From the sequence record MK373794.1: 64,000 bases of DNA; one strand, written 5' to 3'. Below the pieces are notes generated by a model. The model did no database searches. It was not told the origin of the DNA and saw only the letters and a list, made by a program, of their open reading frames with translations. The position numbers and the translations under genes are program-made. Below, piece by piece: positions 47,525-56,894 of this stretch (position 1 is its first letter; each line of letters begins with the position of its first letter). Source of the stretch: Escherichia phage vB_EcoS_HdK1.

Positions 47525-48445
47525 TTACTGTGCAGCGTCATCGCCTTCGGTGGAACGTTTCCACGGTGGAGTCTTGGTCTGAGCTGCTTTAGCGATATCG
47601 TCCTGGACTTCAGGTTCTGCATGGTTAGCAGTACCAGTGTTCTGAGCTTGAGTTTGCGGTTGCTCCGCTCCAGGCTGTACCTGCTGAGTTGCCCAGTTAG
47701 GCTGCTGTGTGGCTTGTTGCTGCGGCTGCTGCGCACCAGTAGCCCACGGTTGAGATTGTGCCGCGCTGTTAAAATCAACTGTTCCAGACTGCTGCTGTTG
47801 CTGTACCGGCTGCTGCGGCTGTTGTTGCTGCTGCGGCTGCTGGAACCCCTGAGTCTGAGGTTGTTGCTGCTGTTGCTGCGGCTGCTGCCCAAATGCGCCC
47901 GGGAAACCCTGCTGCGGTTGCTGCTGTTGTTGCTGAGCACCACCGAACGCACCGCCACCAAATGCTGGGGATTGTGCTGCCGCTGCCGGAGTTGATTTAG
48001 GCAGGTTAGCCATATCCGCCTTAGTTGCGTATACAACACCTTCCATATTATCAATTGCTTGATAAATCTGAGGTTCGTTGTTTGGCTCATAGCCGGGTTG
48101 CTGACGAACTTTCACTTTCAGGTTAAACGGGATACCGTGCAGTTGTTCAGTATCGTTCCAGACTGGAACTTTAACAGCACGAGACAGCTCTGCCAGTTCT
48201 TCCATTGCAATCTGTACAGCGACAGGGTTCGCGTTCTTGACGTTGTAACCGCCAAACATTACACGACCAGCAAAATCACCCTGCATAATCTTAAACTGAA
48301 GATTCAGACGCGCACCGCCTGGAGTTTTAGTCGGTTTGATTTCAGAGTTTACAATCTGAACAACATACCAACCAGCGGGCATCAAGCTGTTGTGTTGACG
48401 CTCTGCGTGTTGTCCAGCGTTAAATTGCATTCCTAAACCGGCCAT
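47525..48445 (-). CDS. single-stranded DNA-binding protein-like, with Gln/Pro-rich low-complexity tail (putative)
   Basis: About 130-aa N-terminal domain followed by a Q/G/P-rich linker; next to the Sak4-like ATPase gene; lacks the canonical acidic tip. Confidence 0.35.
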   Translation of the reverse strand: MAGLGMQFNAGQHAERQHNSLMPAGWYVVQIVNSEIKPTKTPGGARLNLQFKIMQGDFAGRVMFGGYNVKNANPVAVQIAMEELAELSRAVKVPVWNDTEQLHGIPFNLKVKVRQQPGYEPNNEPQIYQAIDNMEGVVYATKADMANLPKSTPAAAAQSPAFGGGAFGGAQQQQQQPQQGFPGAFGQQPQQQQQQPQTQGFQQPQQQQQPQQPVQQQQQSGTVDFNSAAQSQPWATGAQQPQQQATQQPNWATQQVQPGAEQPQTQAQNTGTANHAEPEVQDDIAKAAQTKTPPWKRSTEGDDAAQ

Positions 48446-48466
48446 TATTGTACCCCTTTGATTTTG

Positions 48467-49195
48467 TTAATGATTGCACCGAGATGTGGATATTCCATCT
48501 GTTCTAACGAACGAACCAGAACGATCTTTACATACATTTGACAGATCTGGTCTTGTCAGCAGATAACGAAAATCTGCTTGAGTATTTTGGTCTTTACCAA
48601 CACTAATCTTGAACACTTCGTCAAAAAAGTATGGTAATTCTGGACCTAATTTTGCACCAGGCATAGAAGGACCATAAGACGTAATACCTGTTAACTCGTC
48701 CTTATTACGGGACATTTTAGCTGCCATGTATACGTTAAGTCCAGGGATATCTCGAAAAGCACGAACCAACGTTTGCATCTTCTCAATGAGATCCCCATAA
48801 GCCTGACGCGGATCCTTTACAGTACGCTTCGCATTGTTAAGGCACTTTTCAGCAATCTCAGTAAGTGAATCCAGCGCAAGAGATTGAAAGCGCGGTAAAC
48901 CATCTTCACCTACAGGATTGTTTGCAGGATTAGTTGCCCAAACATAAGCCTGCTCCACATCCTGGATATTTTCAACCGTGATGGTTGGAATATCGTAACA
49001 GATATCTGGTCTGTTTTCACCAAACACACGAGCAATGTTATTCGGTGTTAAAGACAGAAGCCCAGACTCTGCAGAAATCAGCAACGGTCTTGGAAGAGTT
49101 GCTGTAAGCATGGTCTTACCCATACCGGATTCACCATACACAAGCATCTTGACACCAGTGTCCAAAACTGCCTGCGCGGTAGTTGTAAATTGCAT
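48467..49195 (-). CDS. Sak4-like RecA-family ATPase (recombination)
   Basis: Walker A VYGESGMGKT near the N-terminus; size about 240 aa; adjacent to the SSB-like gene. Confidence 0.6.
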   Translation of the reverse strand: MQFTTTAQAVLDTGVKMLVYGESGMGKTMLTATLPRPLLISAESGLLSLTPNNIARVFGENRPDICYDIPTITVENIQDVEQAYVWATNPANNPVGEDGLPRFQSLALDSLTEIAEKCLNNAKRTVKDPRQAYGDLIEKMQTLVRAFRDIPGLNVYMAAKMSRNKDELTGITSYGPSMPGAKLGPELPYFFDEVFKISVGKDQNTQADFRYLLTRPDLSNVCKDRSGSFVRTDGISTSRCNH

Positions 49196-49259
49196 AAGTT
49201 GTTCCTTGTGTGGTTACGGTTGCAATACTAGGACCTAATTAACCTGAATGCAAACGTGA

Positions 49260-50204
49260 TTATTCACTAATATCTGTTGGATCACGGAAACTTTGATGCG
49301 TAGGAATACGCAATTTGTCTTTCATACCGTGAGCAAAGAATTTCCATTTAGAAATCTTCCCAATGAATTCATCAGGATGCTCAAAATAATATTTACGTTC
49401 TTCGTGCGTAAGACGACCAGCACCTACACGCATCTCTTGCCCGACTTCAATAAGATCTTCAAGGCCTTCTGGTACTGTAAGCACACGTACATCAAATGAG
49501 CCGACCATACCATTTGGAACCATATTAGCTTGATGGCTTGAACGATAAGTCTGCCCTAACTCATTAATCTGGGCTTCATTCCCATTGGTGCAACCTTCGA
49601 TAATACGAATGATCTCACCTTCACCATCAGTGAAACGCTTAATGCGGAGATAACCGCCTTCACGCTGCGTACTACGACCCCATTTATATTTCGCTTCAAG
49701 GTCACGAATAATAACACCTTCGTATCCCATATCGAGCCAAATATTTTCCCACTCCAAGAGTTCTTGTTCGTTGTTGACCACATACAGTGGCACAAGTTTC
49801 ACGTCCATTAACTCACCGTTAGCGTGGCATTCGTCCACGTACTTCTTGAGCATGTCATAACGCTCTTTGTACGGTAGATGTGCAACATTCGGTTCGCATA
49901 AATCGAACACATGCCACGTCCAAACGTATTCAGCTTCGATTTTAGATGTTGCACTACTTGTCTTGCGACATAAATCAAAGTCTGTTTCGTCCCCAACGGC
50001 AAGCTCACCGTCCATACCATCATAGATGGGAGATCCAAATACCTTTGCGACCTGCTTATTTGCAAAAGATTTAAGACTTCGTCCAACAAGCTCCCCAAAC
50101 GGTTTCATCCCACGAACGCCGTCAATTTTAGGCATGATACCTACAGGGTATTTCTGTTTAGCTGAATCCCAATCTGTTGCTAGATAAGGTTTAAATCGAG
50201 CCAT
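49260..50204 (-). CDS. ATP-dependent DNA ligase
   Basis: Adenylation motif MPKIDGVRG (KxDGxR); size 314 aa. Confidence 0.75.
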   Translation of the reverse strand: MARFKPYLATDWDSAKQKYPVGIMPKIDGVRGMKPFGELVGRSLKSFANKQVAKVFGSPIYDGMDGELAVGDETDFDLCRKTSSATSKIEAEYVWTWHVFDLCEPNVAHLPYKERYDMLKKYVDECHANGELMDVKLVPLYVVNNEQELLEWENIWLDMGYEGVIIRDLEAKYKWGRSTQREGGYLRIKRFTDGEGEIIRIIEGCTNGNEAQINELGQTYRSSHQANMVPNGMVGSFDVRVLTVPEGLEDLIEVGQEMRVGAGRLTHEERKYYFEHPDEFIGKISKWKFFAHGMKDKLRIPTHQSFRDPTDISE

Positions 50205-50781
50205 TGAAATTTACCTTTGTGTGTTCCCGAACAAGAAGTTTTAACTTCCTAACCCAAGATTGCTGTTTCTCAATGTTAACTTTCTTCGGTTTAGGAATAA
50301 CGGATTTTGCTGTATCTACTTTTAATTTATCGTAGTCCATGCGTCGTCTACCTGTTCGCATGTGCATACCCGCAATTTCATCGCACTTGTCTTGTGCAAG
50401 ACTACGGGGATCCATCCTACCCGAATGACCTTTAACATGACGGAATTGGAAACTAAGCCTATTCTCGACAATAGTATCCATGAACCATTTATATACTTGC
50501 TGTTCTTCTCCTCTCGGTGGACGTTTACCTTCGAACATATGGATTGCTGCTTTGCAATCCGTCTGGAATAATATAACGTCGTTTGTGTAGATAAGTCCAG
50601 CTTCTATGCCGTGATATAAACCGTTAGCTACTGCAATACATTCAACTACGGTATTATCTGTGTGACCATGTGCAGGGCCACCAAAAGCCTTCTTACCCCG
50701 TTTGGAGGCTACCCAAATCCCATAGCCTCCACATTTAGTACGGTGACAAAACGACGCATCCGATATTATCGTGATGAGCAT
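50191..50781 (-). CDS. ribonuclease H
   Basis: RNase H-like catalytic pattern: SDASF, VVECIA, FQTDCK, HVKGHSG, DKCDE. Confidence 0.7.
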   Translation of the reverse strand: MLITIISDASFCHRTKCGGYGIWVASKRGKKAFGGPAHGHTDNTVVECIAVANGLYHGIEAGLIYTNDVILFQTDCKAAIHMFEGKRPPRGEEQQVYKWFMDTIVENRLSFQFRHVKGHSGRMDPRSLAQDKCDEIAGMHMRTGRRRMDYDKLKVDTAKSVIPKPKKVNIEKQQSWVRKLKLLVREHTKVNFNGSI

Positions 50782-51207
50782 TTAACCCTTCTTAACAGCG
50801 ATCTTAACCTGTGGAGAACCTGGAGTTGTGGTCACACATTCATCAAAGATTGCCAACTGTTCCGGTGTTAACTGACGGTATTTAGCAACTCGAAGTTCTA
50901 CTTTAGTTTCAGTAACTTCGTTGACGTCAACTCCAGCTTTTACAAGATCTGGAAGGATTTGACTAAAGATAGCCTTATCAACTTTACGAGTATAAGGTTG
51001 AGTAACAACAAGATCGTCACCTGTATCAAGTTTGATCTTGTTAGTATTTTCATTGAGACCATCTGGAAAGAAGACGCTAACCACACTCTGGCGCAGTGCG
51101 CGTTCTTGCGCTTGCACTTTGGTTAATTCTTCTTTCTTAGAATACCAGTTGTAAAGGAGTTCGTACTTCTGCTCTTCAGTTAAGTTCATTTCTGGTAACT
51201 GGACCAT
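50782..51207 (-). CDS. hypothetical protein (141 aa)
   Basis: ORF in the replication block; no motif recognised. Confidence 0.45.
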   Translation of the reverse strand: MVQLPEMNLTEEQKYELLYNWYSKKEELTKVQAQERALRQSVVSVFFPDGLNENTNKIKLDTGDDLVVTQPYTRKVDKAIFSQILPDLVKAGVDVNEVTETKVELRVAKYRQLTPEQLAIFDECVTTTPGSPQVKIAVKKG

Positions 51208-51282
51208 GTTATTGCCCTCGTTGTTTGCTAATAGGGGTATAATACTTAGAATTAAATTCCTTGTAAATACCCCTAAATATGA

Positions 51283-51792
51283 TTACAACTTACCAGTAGA
51301 ACCAAAACCCCCGCGGCCTGTTTCTTCTACAATACCAGAAACAATGCGCGTACGAACCAACTCCACAAGACGTGCCTGTGCAATACGTTCGCCAACCTGG
51401 ACTGTGTAAGGTTCACAAGAGTCGTTATGTAGACGTATTTTCAACTCATCACGGTAATCATGATCGATGATACCAGTACAGTTACCTAAACGAATCCCGT
51501 GTTTAAACCCGTGACCGCTACGTGAATAAACTTCCAGGCCATAACCATGAGGGATCTGTAGCTTAATACCCGTGCTGAACGTATACGCACGACCTGCATA
51601 GATAGTTACGGGCTCTGGTTCATCCGCATAGATATCAAAGCACATAGAACCTGGAGTGGCAAATCGTGGCATTTGAGCAGTGTCCGTAAGGAGCTCCACG
51701 ATTAGCTGTTGCACAGCGCCATCTTGAACCGCAATAGTACCTTTGACAGTTACATCTTTGATAATATTAGACATATCGCCTTTGTTAGTCAT
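51283..51792 (-). CDS. dut: dUTP diphosphatase
   Basis: Motifs RSGHGFKHGIRLGNCTGIIDHDYRDE and C-terminal GRGGFGSTG. Confidence 0.8.
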   Translation of the reverse strand: MTNKGDMSNIIKDVTVKGTIAVQDGAVQQLIVELLTDTAQMPRFATPGSMCFDIYADEPEPVTIYAGRAYTFSTGIKLQIPHGYGLEVYSRSGHGFKHGIRLGNCTGIIDHDYRDELKIRLHNDSCEPYTVQVGERIAQARLVELVRTRIVSGIVEETGRGGFGSTGKL

Positions 51793-51928
51793 GTTTTTCA
51801 CTCTCTTTATCGGACAGACGTTGTTCCCACTGTTGCTTTAACTGATAATAACGATAAGCGTCCTCACCAGTTTCAGCTTCCCGTTGCATACGTTCACACC
51901 ATTGAACGGGACTTTCCTCACTACTCAC
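51788..51928 (-). CDS. hypothetical small protein (46 aa, GTG start)
   Basis: AGGAGG RBS 8 nt before GTG; stop overlaps the dut start; below the ORF-track size cut-off. Confidence 0.3.
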
Positions 51929-51940
51929 TTCTTACACCTC

Positions 51941-52402
51941 CTAAGCGTGGCCGTTTCTCTTAATGTATTCGTAAGCATGTGATTTAAAGATCATTCGAAA
52001 ATCTTCCAGGGATATTTCACATCTTGGGGGATCTTCTTTGTGATGTTTCGCTTCATCAGCGAAAAGCATGATAGGGTTCATATACAGGACTACGCGCCAG
52101 GACTTTTTATTTTGACGGTACATAAGAACTGGAAACTTGTCTGCTTCCAATGCACTCTTAACACACTGCGCCCACCATGTGTTAATTGATAGCTGCTCCT
52201 GTCGTTTAACTTCTACCGCATAGAAACAGGTATTTGTGATATCACAACCACCTACAGCACTCTGATTCTGGTTACGTTGTGCTATGGGCTTTTCTGGATA
52301 AGTCATTCCAAGAGCGGCGTAAACTTCTTCGTAGATATCATTAAAGAATTTACAAATTTCACGCTCACCTGTTTGACCTTTAGTACGAGGATTAGCTCCC
52401 AT
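51941..52402 (-). CDS. PD-(D/E)xK-type nuclease, Holliday-junction-resolvase-like (putative)
   Basis: GQTGERE...GGCDIT...AVEVKRQ pattern resembling the D/E-x-K catalytic core; GGAGA RBS before ATG at 52402. Confidence 0.35.
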   Translation of the reverse strand: MGANPRTKGQTGEREICKFFNDIYEEVYAALGMTYPEKPIAQRNQNQSAVGGCDITNTCFYAVEVKRQEQLSINTWWAQCVKSALEADKFPVLMYRQNKKSWRVVLYMNPIMLFADEAKHHKEDPPRCEISLEDFRMIFKSHAYEYIKRNGHA

Positions 52403-52419
52403 GTTATAAATCTCCATCC

Positions 52420-52445
52420 AAAAAATAGGGGTACACAAGTACCCC
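52420..52445 (-). terminator. Rho-independent terminator (minus strand)
   Basis: Perfect stem ggggtac / gtacccc with 4-nt loop; T-tract follows on the minus strand. Confidence 0.5.
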
Positions 52446-52587
52446 CGAAAGCGAAGCATATAATAGATAATAACATGTCAGCGAGAGGCAGCCTTCGAAA
52501 AGGGGTAATCTACCAACCACTCTCGCAAATAATGTTAACCTGTTTACGTGTTTGATTACAATACACGAATTCGTCAGAATTCACAGG

Positions 52588-52863
52588 TCATACCGTACAT
52601 TTTTGCCAATGGCCCATAGAAAATGACAGCGAAGTGCAGACAACTTCCAACCCGTCATCATCACGTACCACGGGCAAAGCTAGGCCGCTGCGGGCGTTAT
52701 GTACAGTGCGGTGTACTCTATACACAGAGTTATGCGTAAAGCGCCGCGTGTTCGCGTTTGTGCAGCGTAATAACGATCCGATATGCACAAGTGGAGCAGG
52801 CATAGTAAAACCAATCATTAGATCCTTCTCTTTCTTATTAGGCTGGCGTACAGTTACATTCAT
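52588..52863 (-). CDS. hypothetical protein (91 aa)
   Basis: GAGGGGA RBS; ATGA overlap with the upstream HTH gene. Confidence 0.45.
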   Translation of the reverse strand: MNVTVRQPNKKEKDLMIGFTMPAPLVHIGSLLRCTNANTRRFTHNSVYRVHRTVHNARSGLALPVVRDDDGLEVVCTSLSFSMGHWQKCTV

Positions 52864-53039
52864 TGTGTCGTCCCCTCATTTAAAGATTCCAGGCGCCCAC
52901 CTAACAAAATGAGCGATTTAATTTGATGCGGTTTCTTACCAAGATGTTCAGCAATGTGGTTATAAGTAAAACCTTTCTCCCGCATACGATAAGCAGTAAT
53001 GGCGGCATTGCGATTGCGGATATCGGTTTTCTTACTCAT
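52860..53039 (-). CDS. small helix-turn-helix DNA-binding protein (59 aa)
   Basis: FTYNHIAEHLGKKPHQIKSLI HTH-like segment; ATGA overlaps on both sides; below the ORF-track size cut-off. Confidence 0.4.
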   Translation of the reverse strand: MSKKTDIRNRNAAITAYRMREKGFTYNHIAEHLGKKPHQIKSLILLGGRLESLNEGTTQ

Positions 53040-53344
53040 GGTAAACTAGCTCCCCTTAATTTAGCTTCAATACGATTAATTAGCATCGACATACTACGAT
53101 CTGCAACCATATGATGCGGTTCGTAGTAACCATATGCCCAATAGTTTACCTCTTGCCCACAATGATTACAATTAATCTTTGACTCGCATACAGGCGAATA
53201 GTAGCCATCCACTTGATCTACGACAATCTCTGTAAACTCAGTGTGACCACACTTTGGGCATCGTATGCACTTCATTTTCTTGTCGTAGTTTGAGCGAAAA
53301 GTATAAGGCTTCCACCCTAACACCTTGTATATTTTGCTAGGCAT
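53036..53344 (-). CDS. zinc-finger protein (CxxC x2)
   Basis: CIRCPKCGH ... CNHCGQ motifs. Confidence 0.5.
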   Translation of the reverse strand: MPSKIYKVLGWKPYTFRSNYDKKMKCIRCPKCGHTEFTEIVVDQVDGYYSPVCESKINCNHCGQEVNYWAYGYYEPHHMVADRSMSMLINRIEAKLRGASLP

Positions 53345-53568
53345 TAGTGTAGATTCTCTTTAGGTTGTTCTTCGCTCGTCATAAGGTGAGCTAATACGCT
53401 ACATGTGTTTGATTTCTGCCAGGCTTTCTCAATTTCATCTAGCGAGGATTCTGGTTTACATAAGCGATAGGCTTCCATGAAGGAATTCTGGGCTGCTTCA
53501 ATGATTGCCAAAGACACCAACACTCTTTCGTCTATCATTGTCATCATTTCTTCACATTTATCACACAT
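53344..53568 (-). CDS. hypothetical protein (74 aa)
   Basis: Coupled to the downstream gene (start/stop overlap). Confidence 0.45.
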   Translation of the reverse strand: MCDKCEEMMTMIDERVLVSLAIIEAAQNSFMEAYRLCKPESSLDEIEKAWQKSNTCSVLAHLMTSEEQPKENLH

Positions 53569-53585
53569 ATTATTTCTCCAGTGTC

Positions 53586-53807
53586 CTAATCATCAATTAA
53601 TGTGATATCATCCACAAAAAATAAGCTATCGTTCTGGATACATTTACGTCGATTGATAATATCGTCGACATTGTAGTCCATCAAGGAAGGGTACTCGACC
53701 TCATCCTTCATACAAGGCCCATACACACTCAGACCCAACTCAGCCAAATGTTGCATGAATCCTTCAAGAGATTTTTTAGTATAAATTGTCGTTTTTAATT
53801 TACCCAT
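53586..53807 (-). CDS. hypothetical protein (73 aa)
   Basis: ATG at 53807 with AAGGAG RBS (ORF-track version extends to 53909). Confidence 0.45.
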   Translation of the reverse strand: MGKLKTTIYTKKSLEGFMQHLAELGLSVYGPCMKDEVEYPSLMDYNVDDIINRRKCIQNDSLFFVDDITLIDD

Positions 53808-53842
53808 CGCCCACTCCTTAAATCTTAATGGTAAACTGGAAG

Positions 53843-54040
53843 TTAAAAGAACGTACCAGTTAACACATACAGCACAGCGTCGCGCAGTGTTGGTAACAAA
53901 GGTGAACAATTAGGAACGCTGTAGAATTTACGTGATCCCACTTTAACACTCACTATTGTAATAGAACGTTTATTGCGCTCTACTGCGTAGAGACCACCAC
54001 CGAGACGACGGACTTTATATAGAGGTTGATGCTTTTGCAT
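53843..54040 (-). CDS. hypothetical small basic protein (65 aa)
   Basis: AAAGGAG RBS before ATG at 54040. Confidence 0.45.
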   Translation of the reverse strand: MQKHQPLYKVRRLGGGLYAVERNKRSITIVSVKVGSRKFYSVPNCSPLLPTLRDAVLYVLTGTFF

Positions 54041-54057
54041 GTTTTAACTCCTTTCTT

Positions 54058-54336
54058 TTATTTGCTGACACGTATGGCTCTACCTGTTAAGAAGGTGTAT
54101 CCACAGTGCCGCATTAAGTCACGTTCTTCTATTACACTTCGTAACTGGCGTGACAGCGTTTCATAGTAAGGACGGACTTCGTTCTTACTTATAGCTAAAG
54201 CATAGGCGAACAGTTGTTCCGAGTCAATACGATTAGACTTGATTCTTTTGATCGCCTGCTCAATTCCTGGGAACTCCTCATCCTGGTATAGAGCACCGTA
54301 CACAATTTTAATAGCTGCTAGATTGTAACTGGACAT
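54058..54336 (-). CDS. hypothetical protein (92 aa)
   Basis: ORF in the compact minus-strand array. Confidence 0.45.
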   Translation of the reverse strand: MSSYNLAAIKIVYGALYQDEEFPGIEQAIKRIKSNRIDSEQLFAYALAISKNEVRPYYETLSRQLRSVIEERDLMRHCGYTFLTGRAIRVSK

Positions 54337-54434
54337 TTGACCCTCGGACGTAAAATAATTCTTGATACCTATTGCATTCCTAAGGAAATGCTCTATAGTA
54401 TGTATTATACAGTTTGTAAGCGGAGGAACACAAA

Positions 54435-54665
54435 ATGACTCACCAAGATCTTATAAAAAGAAACATCAGAACTGCAATGAACAAGTCAGAGGAATTCTCA
54501 CATAACTGTACTGATGGTACTCATAAAATTAGATACGAATATATGGGATCCTCAACTGTGGTTAAGTTTGAGAAAGATGAGTATCACGTTGGAGATTTTT
54601 CAACACCAGATTACGACGAGATGTTTGAATACGTTGTATGTGGGTTCTTAAAATTGCACGAATAA
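54435..54665 (+). CDS. hypothetical protein (76 aa), lone plus-strand gene inside the minus-strand block
   Basis: GGAGGAA RBS; followed immediately by a strong terminator. Confidence 0.5.
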   Translation: MTHQDLIKRNIRTAMNKSEEFSHNCTDGTHKIRYEYMGSSTVVKFEKDEYHVGDFSTPDYDEMFEYVVCGFLKLHE

Positions 54666-54669
54666 TATA

Positions 54670-54696
54670 ATGGGCGCATATAGCGCCCATTTTTTA
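54670..54696. terminator. bidirectional Rho-independent terminator
   Basis: Stem atgggcgc / gcgcccat (54670..54677 and 54683..54690) followed by TTTTTT on the plus strand and T-rich sequence on the minus strand. Confidence 0.55.
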
Positions 54697-55746
54697 TAAC
54701 TTAATAACTTCGTTCATTCTCTCAATATCTACCAAATAACACTTCATTCTCGGTGGTGTAAACTCTGCGCCGAAGAAATTTGAAAAGTCCATTGGCCTCA
54801 TCTCGGTAAGAACTTCCATAGACATCAAACCATAGATTGTATTGTCTATGACCTGTAGGATGTTGTCATTTCTTGTCTGTTTAAAAGCCTTGAACTGGCG
54901 ACATACTGTGCATAGATCACTCCTTGTGACAATAAATGCGTCCTTAAACATGGGAAACCGTTTATATACACCAGCTTTAACTTCACCATCCAAGAACTTC
55001 TTAATGGAGTTCAGCATTATCTTCTCACGACTTGTACTGTCCGTAGAACCAATCTGCCCACTGTTACGCTTCTCTAAGAAACGCTCGTTACCCTGATCGA
55101 TAAATGACTCAGCCCAACGATAATGTTCCATAGTGACAACAGGACGCTCACTGTTATCTGCAACAGCAAGAAGAGAAGCTATACGCAATACCTTCAACGC
55201 CTTCCTTGTGTACATCTGACGAATTACTTCGTCTTGCACCTGCTCACCATCATTGCCGCTGTTCAGGAACTTCGCAACAATATTATCAAGATTATCAAAC
55301 GCTTCGTGTACCTCTGCTTCCATTTCAACATAACACGGAGCAGTCCCTGACATAATACGCACAGCTTGTTTATAGATAGCTCCAATAGTGCGCAGTATTG
55401 CTTCTGGATATTCCAGGAGCATACTCTTATTCATCAATGGGCGGTTAGCTGTACATTCCCATGCGATAATACGGGACATGAAACCACTCGACATCATGCG
55501 GTCATCTACGTTCCCGTAAAATTCATCTGGTGTTGTTTCACCTGCAAAACTATACGCCTTAACCTTACCGCCAGCAGTCGTATTATCTTTACTAGAGTGC
55601 TTTGAACCACCAGAGAAAGCATAGAAATGCCCCTTGTCATAAAGGGAAAGCATTTCATCCATAATGTCTTTAGCTTTACCGACTTCCATCTTACCGTTAC
55701 GGAAAAAATGCACCGACTTCAGTCTTATAGTTAATGGATGAGCCAC
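54694..55746 (-). CDS. primase-polymerase / helicase-like replication protein, C-terminal fragment (multiply frameshifted gene spanning 54694..57260)
   Basis: 350-aa ORF continuous in sequence with upstream fragments; frame break next to an 8-A homopolymer at about 55881..55888. Confidence 0.45.
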   Translation of the reverse strand: MAHPLTIRLKSVHFFRNGKMEVGKAKDIMDEMLSLYDKGHFYAFSGGSKHSSKDNTTAGGKVKAYSFAGETTPDEFYGNVDDRMMSSGFMSRIIAWECTANRPLMNKSMLLEYPEAILRTIGAIYKQAVRIMSGTAPCYVEMEAEVHEAFDNLDNIVAKFLNSGNDGEQVQDEVIRQMYTRKALKVLRIASLLAVADNSERPVVTMEHYRWAESFIDQGNERFLEKRNSGQIGSTDSTSREKIMLNSIKKFLDGEVKAGVYKRFPMFKDAFIVTRSDLCTVCRQFKAFKQTRNDNILQVIDNTIYGLMSMEVLTEMRPMDFSNFFGAEFTPPRMKCYLVDIERMNEVIKL

Positions 55747-55767
55747 AAGACATAACGGACGTATCCA

Positions 55768-56352
55768 TTATGACATCCTTGCGCAATGCAGCATCAGACG
55801 CATAGGTACTTGTATCCAAGACACGTTCGATACCAAATATCTGCTGACCGTCTTGACCGCCATAATTGGATACTTGAGAAAAAAAAGAATAGTTTCAATG
55901 TTGGAGCGAAACGCTTCTTTACCAATACCAGAACGTGCAATTAGTACAAAGTAGTTATTCAAACCACTTCGTGTGACTGTGTTCCACGCCTTACCGCACA
56001 TACCACTAAATAAAGCAAGCGCAGACAGAATACTAATGTCTTTAATAGGCAACAAGCTCGCTTTATACATATTACGCGCAACCTCGCCCATAAAGCCCGG
56101 AGGCCAAGCCAAACCGTCTGCCTGCTCTTCAGTGTAATTACCATCTGTAGTCAACACTTCTTCAGGTGGGCGTTCTGGTGTAGTTGCTTGACGTAGTTTT
56201 TCCGTGCGCTCTATAGCTGCATTAACGTTATTCTGAACTATCTGCATAAGTCCCATAGATTTAACATGGGCATCGTAGCGATAGTTGCGAATCATTCTAT
56301 CCAGGTGGTACGGACGTTTAATTTTTTCACCAGGCATACGACGGGGAATCAT
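55768..56352 (-). CDS. primase-polymerase / helicase-like protein, central fragment
   Basis: Segment ...NYFVLIARSGIGKEAF then out-of-frame tail; overlaps the upstream fragment in another frame. Confidence 0.4.
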   Translation of the reverse strand: MIPRRMPGEKIKRPYHLDRMIRNYRYDAHVKSMGLMQIVQNNVNAAIERTEKLRQATTPERPPEEVLTTDGNYTEEQADGLAWPPGFMGEVARNMYKASLLPIKDISILSALALFSGMCGKAWNTVTRSGLNNYFVLIARSGIGKEAFRSNIETILFFLKYPIMAVKTVSRYLVSNVSWIQVPMRLMLHCARMS

Positions 56353-56474
56353 CGTAACGGCTACTCATTGGTGAATACATGAATAGACGTCTTACCTGGA
56401 AATTGTACTTACTCTTAAAGCAAAGAAAGTCAATTAATGCAAATTCTGCTTCAGACTGAGAAGGGAAACAACGT

Positions 56475-56855
56475 TCACCGATTAGAAGTATCAACTTCTT
56501 CAGCTCTCCAACGACCCTCCCATAGCTGCTTAAACAATGTTCCGTTTTCTTGTTCGCACAACTGAATATAGACATCCTGGTCTTCCATTGCATATGGGTC
56601 GTTACTAAAATCTTCTTCAGTAAGTTCCAGCATTTGGAAGCCATCAGACTCATTAATCTCACTCATCTCAGACATAAGTTGGATGAATGAGATTAGCGAT
56701 ATACCCTTCGCTTTCACTGCCTGGAGCACCAGACACAGTGCGCGGGAGTAAAGTAACATCCCAGTGATCCCCTGTACAGATAATAAAACGATACTGGGAA
56801 TACACTTCCACACCGTCACGGCGCTTACCAGCCTGAGGGGATGGAATAAATCCAT
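56475..56855 (-). CDS. primase-polymerase-like protein, internal fragments (at least 3 frames used between 56327 and 56871)
   Basis: Protein-like segments alternate between frames, e.g. TEISRSGDGLHTWIYSIPSGW then AGKRRDGVEVYSQYRFII then SEMSEINESDGFQMLELTEEDF. Confidence 0.35.
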   Translation of the reverse strand: MDLFHPLRLVSAVTVWKCIPSIVLLSVQGITGMLLYSRALCLVLQAVKAKGISLISFIQLMSEMSEINESDGFQMLELTEEDFSNDPYAMEDQDVYIQLCEQENGTLFKQLWEGRWRAEEVDTSNR

Positions 56856-56894
56856 GTGTGCAACCCATCACCGCTTCTGGAAATTTCCGTATAG

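Noticed and set aside
47521-48090. 189-aa minus-strand ORF rich in Ser/Arg/Asn overlapping the SSB-like gene, and the plus-strand ORF 47621..47995
   Set aside because: Alternative-frame and antisense translations of the Gln-codon-rich repeat region (CAG/CTG repeats give Leu/Ser/Arg-rich artefacts).
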